DNA of 52,214 bases. Source: a virus. Its lineage: Duplodnaviria > Caudoviricetes. The stretch spans positions 1-52,214 of the IMG/VR virus record IMGVR_UViG_3300036820_000646. The stretch is one strand, 5' to 3'. The translations under genes were made by a program, and so were the position numbers. The stretch's first letter is position 1, and each line of letters starts with the position of its first letter. Below the pieces are notes generated by a model. That model was not told where the DNA came from. It searched no databases and worked only from the letters and a program-made list of their open reading frames with translations. This document shows, in pieces, positions 48,367-52,214 of the stretch.

Positions 48367-48807
48367 TTGTGGCACATTGTCGCCCGTCTCACTTCAACGA
48401 TCTTCCCTCCGTGGCATTATGTGGCGACCGGTTCAATTTCGTTGAATGTCTTCTCTGATGTCTCGACCACAACACCGCCGACCAGTGATGCCCAGCCCAC
48501 CGCCCTGTCTCTCGTGTATGCCGACCTCGACATCGGTGAGGAGTACTACCCGACTGCTAGCGCCACCATTTCGGTGCCCGGTACCGACGCGCTCTCACCC
48601 GACGCCGGTTACGTAAACTTCTATGACGGCACCGGGGAACTTATCTGCACTGTCCCTGTCGGCTCCGACCCAACGGTCGATTGTTACGGTCCAGGCTTCG
48701 CATCGCCGCCGCCTTTGCCCTTCAGCGCGGAATATACCGGGACGACAAACGGTTTTGACGATGGCTTCGGTTCGAGCTACGCACCTTCTTCGGCGACATA
48801 CAACTAA
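48367..48807 (+). CDS. Ig-like-domain fragment or small secreted protein (start uncertain)
   Basis: ATISVP...GYVNFYDG..LICT...FSAEYTG resembles a Big_3-type fold. Confidence 0.4.
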   Translation: MWHIVARLTSTIFPPWHYVATGSISLNVFSDVSTTTPPTSDAQPTALSLVYADLDIGEEYYPTASATISVPGTDALSPDAGYVNFYDGTGELICTVPVGSDPTVDCYGPGFASPPPLPFSAEYTGTTNGFDDGFGSSYAPSSATYN

Positions 48808-48913
48808 TCGAAGACCTAGGAATACGCTCTTCAGGCATTCGCTGTTGCTGGCACGAGCGATGACCTCTCTCGGTTTCAAAGGCGTTATGGGGACCCGTGA
48901 CAAACTGTCTCGA

Positions 48914-49605
48914 TTGTGCGGTCGCGTCGCCCTCTACAGTCCCCCGGCTCGGCTAGCAGCGTTCCTCAACGCGACGGCAGGACGGAGCCTCGACGATGAA
49001 GATCGGTCCTTTTGGACAGAAGGCCGTCCGAGTTGGAACGTGGGGCCACAACGTCAGCTCTACGGAGTTCACGAGTTTGACGGGACTCGCTTCCTCGAGC
49101 TCTATCGATGGGGTCTCGTCCCGAGCTGGGCAAAAGATCCCAAGATCGGCGGACGACTCTTCAATGCTCGAGGTGAGACCGTAGCCGAAATGCCTTCGCT
49201 CGGAACCCGTGCGTCATTCCCGTCGACGGTTTCTTTGAGTGGGGCCATCGGGTCGGGACCGTAAAGCAGCTGAACCACTTCACGCACGTCGACGGCAATC
49301 CTCTCCTCCTCGCCGGACTCTACGAGCGCTGGCACAACCCGGAGAACCGTGATGGCGTGGCGCTCACAACATGCACCATCATCACGACCACATTGAACGC
49401 AGATATGGACGAGATCCACGACCGGATGCCAGTCGTTCTCGAATTAGACGACGTCGAGACGAGGATCGAAACCAAAGAGCAACTCCTGCTGCGCCCGGCG
49501 CCAGATGGCACATTGGCCCGCCACACCGTGAATGCCGCGGTTGGTTCAGTACGAAACGATGTGCCAGAACTCATCGAACCCGCCGAGCCGCGATCGTTTA
49601 ACTAA
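48914..49605 (+). pseudogene. Frameshifted SOS response-associated peptidase (SRAP/HMCES family)
   Basis: CGR, SWNVGP, RWGLVPSW, FNARGET in one frame; CVIPVDGFFEW, LAGLY, TIITT, IHDRMPVVL, VGSVRN in another; shift near 49200. Confidence 0.88.
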
Positions 49606-49614
49606 CGATCGAAT

Positions 49615-49642
49615 TGGCTGAGGTGAACGGAATCGAACCGCC
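49615..49642 (-). other. tRNA-like 3' end (T-arm, acceptor strand, CCA), possible att-site remnant
   Basis: Minus strand GGCGG-TTCGATT-CCGTT-CACCTCA-G-CCA; no canonical D or anticodon arm. Confidence 0.55.
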
Positions 49643-49701
49643 GCTTCCGGAATCCACCCCGTAACCCGACACGAGGGTAGAGGGCTTGTTAACCTCAACG
49701 C

Positions 49702-50391
49702 GTGGACCTGACAACCTCATACCTTGAGTGCTTTCCGACCAGGACCAAGGAGCGCTACGAGTTCTACGAGACGCGCAATGCTGCTGGCATTCTTGTTGCC
49801 ACTAATCGCGCTCGATTCGATGAGTTGATTGACGTCCTCGATGCCTTTTCATTGTTGACTGCCGACCTCGTTGAAAGCGGCGGTAACGAGTCGAAGCTGG
49901 CGGCTCGTTTGAATACTGCTTTTCGCGAGAAGGGCTGGCGCGAGGCGCGTGTTGATCAAATCATCAAACTCAGCCTTCTAAAGCAACCGTACCGGCCCGC
50001 GGGCGAGGTTAAGTCAGTAGTGATTGAAACCGAAACCACGAGCGAGGGCTACAAGGTCGACAATTTTGTTGACCGCGTAGCCCTCGACGTCGAATGGAAT
50101 GCGAAGGACGGGAATCTTGATCGCGACCTTGGCGCTTACCGGTCCCTTTATGACGCCGGTCTAATCGACGGCGGGATCATGATTACGCGCACGGTCGACG
50201 ACCTACGCCGGCTCGGCGCACGACTCGGAGAGCTCGCCGGAATGCCCCCGAAGGAAGCTTCGCGAATACTGGCGACGAGCACAACGACCAACACCGTCAA
50301 GCTCGTTCCGAGACTTACTCGCGGCGACAGTGGCGGTTGCCCCATTCTCGTGGTGGCCATTTGCGAACGAACCTGGGACCCAAACTCATGA
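49702..50391 (+). CDS. BglII/BstYI-family type II restriction endonuclease
   Basis: GGNES, KGWRE, YKVD...RVALDVEWNAKD..LDRDL, GCPILVVAI. Confidence 0.85.
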   Translation: MDLTTSYLECFPTRTKERYEFYETRNAAGILVATNRARFDELIDVLDAFSLLTADLVESGGNESKLAARLNTAFREKGWREARVDQIIKLSLLKQPYRPAGEVKSVVIETETTSEGYKVDNFVDRVALDVEWNAKDGNLDRDLGAYRSLYDAGLIDGGIMITRTVDDLRRLGARLGELAGMPPKEASRILATSTTTNTVKLVPRLTRGDSGGCPILVVAICERTWDPNS

Positions 50392-50472
50392 CCGCCATCA
50401 CCGAGGTGTCACACCGCCCTTATTAAGATCTTGAATTATCGAGAAGATCTTTATTAGCGAGGACGTGCACTA

Positions 50473-51372
50473 ATGGTGATGGTTCAAAAAGAAACGCAGC
50501 ACACCGCTCCCCCATTGCGGCTGGTTGGCGAATCCCCGCCATTGCCGACGGTCGACGGCGGGTTCAGTACGATCCTGGCAGATCCGCCGTGGCGATTCAC
50601 CAATAGGACCGGCAAGGTCGCGCCAGAGCACCGACGTCTCGACCGCTATTCAACACTCGACTTGGACGCCATTTGCAATATCGACGCTGGCAGTGTCGCC
50701 TCGAAAAACGCGCACCTGTATCTCTGGGTTCCGAACGCCATGTTGCCTGATGGACTTCGCGTAATGGAGGCTTGGGGATTTCGCTACATCTCGAACATCA
50801 TCTGGGCCAAGCGCCGAATCGATGGTGGCCCCGATGGCAGGGGTGTTGGTTTCTATTTTAGAAACGTAACTGAGATAATCCTGTTTGGAGTGCGAGGCAG
50901 CATGAGAACACTGCCGCCCGCTCGAAGCCAGGTGAACATGATCGAGTCCCGAAAGCGTGAGCACAGTCGCAAGCCCGATGAGCAATACGAACTCATTGAA
51001 GCCTGCTCTCCAGGCCCGTTCCTCGAACTCTTCGCTCGCCATCCTCGTCCTGGATGGACCGTTTGGGGTGACGAAGCAGGCGCAGACGTCGAGCCGCGGG
51101 GTCGCGCTCATAAGGGTTACGAAGGCGGTCCAATCGCGGTCCCACACATCGACTCAAATGTACGCCTCCCGACAAGCGTGTCCGAGCACATCGGGACGAA
51201 ACTCAAACGCCGGTACGAGGGCGGCGCAAGCATCAGGGAGCTCTCTCAAGAGACGGGTTATTCGATCACGAGAGTGCGGCATCTGCTTGAGGTCGCCGAA
51301 ACGCACATTCGCCCTCGTGGTCGCGCCGGCGACAGGCCAGAAGTTGAGCCGAGTCGCGCGAAGATGCGGTAA
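50473..51372 (+). CDS. MT-A70 family methyltransferase with C-terminal HTH
   Basis: ILADPPW, HLYLWVPN, AWGF, REHSRKPD, LELFAR; C-terminal YEGGASIRELSQETGYS. Confidence 0.92.
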   Translation: MVMVQKETQHTAPPLRLVGESPPLPTVDGGFSTILADPPWRFTNRTGKVAPEHRRLDRYSTLDLDAICNIDAGSVASKNAHLYLWVPNAMLPDGLRVMEAWGFRYISNIIWAKRRIDGGPDGRGVGFYFRNVTEIILFGVRGSMRTLPPARSQVNMIESRKREHSRKPDEQYELIEACSPGPFLELFARHPRPGWTVWGDEAGADVEPRGRAHKGYEGGPIAVPHIDSNVRLPTSVSEHIGTKLKRRYEGGASIRELSQETGYSITRVRHLLEVAETHIRPRGRAGDRPEVEPSRAKMR

Positions 51373-51476
51373 GCCGCATTTGGTGCGTGCGCCTCGTTCG
51401 GTCACACACAACTCCAATCAATGAACGTGTCAACTTTCCGCCTTCGCGCAGTCGGCGCCATTACGATCTGGTTTCC

Positions 51477-52214
51477 ATGACGAACACAGCAACGGATCGT
51501 GCCCGTGTAAGTGCGTGGCAGTCGTGGGAGACGTGGTGTCGTCTCAACGGATTCGAGCCCTTCGGTGTCCGCACCGGACTCGCCGAATACTTGCTCTGGC
51601 TTGTCGATCCTTACGGAGGTGCGCTCAGTGCCGCGAGCGCCTACCAGGCGTATTGGGCCATCCGTTCGTCGTTCCTGAAGTCTGGCTGGCGAGACCCAGC
51701 CCGAGATCCGGCGGTGCTCGCCGCTCTTGCTGAGATTCGCCGCAACGAGGATCTAAAGAAGCCGCGGCAACTGCAACGGCACTTCACTCGAGAAGAGATC
51801 CAGCACCTCACCGCGTCGATTGACGACTCGTCCGTGCGGGGCGCAAGAGACAAGGCACTTATCTGGCTCGGCCACGACGGTGCTCTGCGCCCGAGTCGAC
51901 TGACCATCCTTCGCTGGAGACACGTCGAGTTTGGTGAGTTCGATGCCACCATCAAGATCCTCTCCCGTCCTCCTAAAGCGAGCAGATCCATCACCCTGTA
52001 CGAAGAGGAAGAGCCGCTCGCCGCGATTCGCGCCTGGCGCGATCTCCGTCGGCGCCGGCCTGAAGAACCTGTGTTCACGTCCATCCCTTGGTCAGACAAG
52101 CGAGTATCAAGCACCGCCCTGTCGACAGGAGACATCGGACGCATCGTCGCTAAACGATCGCTCGAGGCTGGGCTCGGACAAGCGAATGCGATGACGTTAG
52201 TCAGAGCTAGGTGA
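51477..52214 (+). pseudogene. Tyrosine recombinase (Cre/XerD-like), C-terminally truncated
   Basis: SAM-like N domain, GARDKALIWL..GALRPS.L..L.W..V; stop at 52212-52214 before any HxxR or catalytic Tyr. Confidence 0.7.

Noticed and set aside
49615-49697. Functional tRNA gene
   Set aside because: No canonical D arm or anticodon arm; reported only as tRNA-like.
1-52214. Prophage
   Set aside because: No capsid, portal, large terminase or tail genes recognised; conjugation-like and partition genes dominate.

Overview
GC-rich 52 kb segment of a large actinobacterial-type mobile element, most likely a conjugative megaplasmid or ICE; host class and element type are inferred. The minus-strand backbone encodes DnaE, SSB, a ParA plus small adaptor with a 6-bp-periodic parS-like array, and scattered conjugation-like genes (VirB4-like ATPase, VirB6-, VirB2-, VirB3- and VirB8-like membrane proteins). 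It also encodes a MoxR-type AAA ATPase, SNF2 and DinG helicases, a HerA-like ATPase, two LAGLIDADG inteins, MazG, GNAT and a large Ig-repeat surface protein. Plus-strand genes look like inserted cargo: a serine resolvase, a G1 glutamic peptidase, DUF3800 with a structured RNA, a zinc-ribbon protein, an SRAP pseudogene, a BglII-like/MT-A70 R-M pair and a truncated tyrosine recombinase. The main unexplained feature is that eight otherwise unrelated proteins start with the same ~24-aa tag (R-x-P-[KR]-G-x3-GGQFA-x3-NPE-x2-V-[DE]), conserved at protein level. The three tagged genes that head transcription units share an exactly spaced bipartite upstream motif, TGGCCG-N11-AACTCCCATC-N9-ATG, and one of them encodes a sigma-factor-like protein. 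This suggests a co-regulated set of tagged cargo proteins. No relaxase or clear coupling protein is visible in this window.
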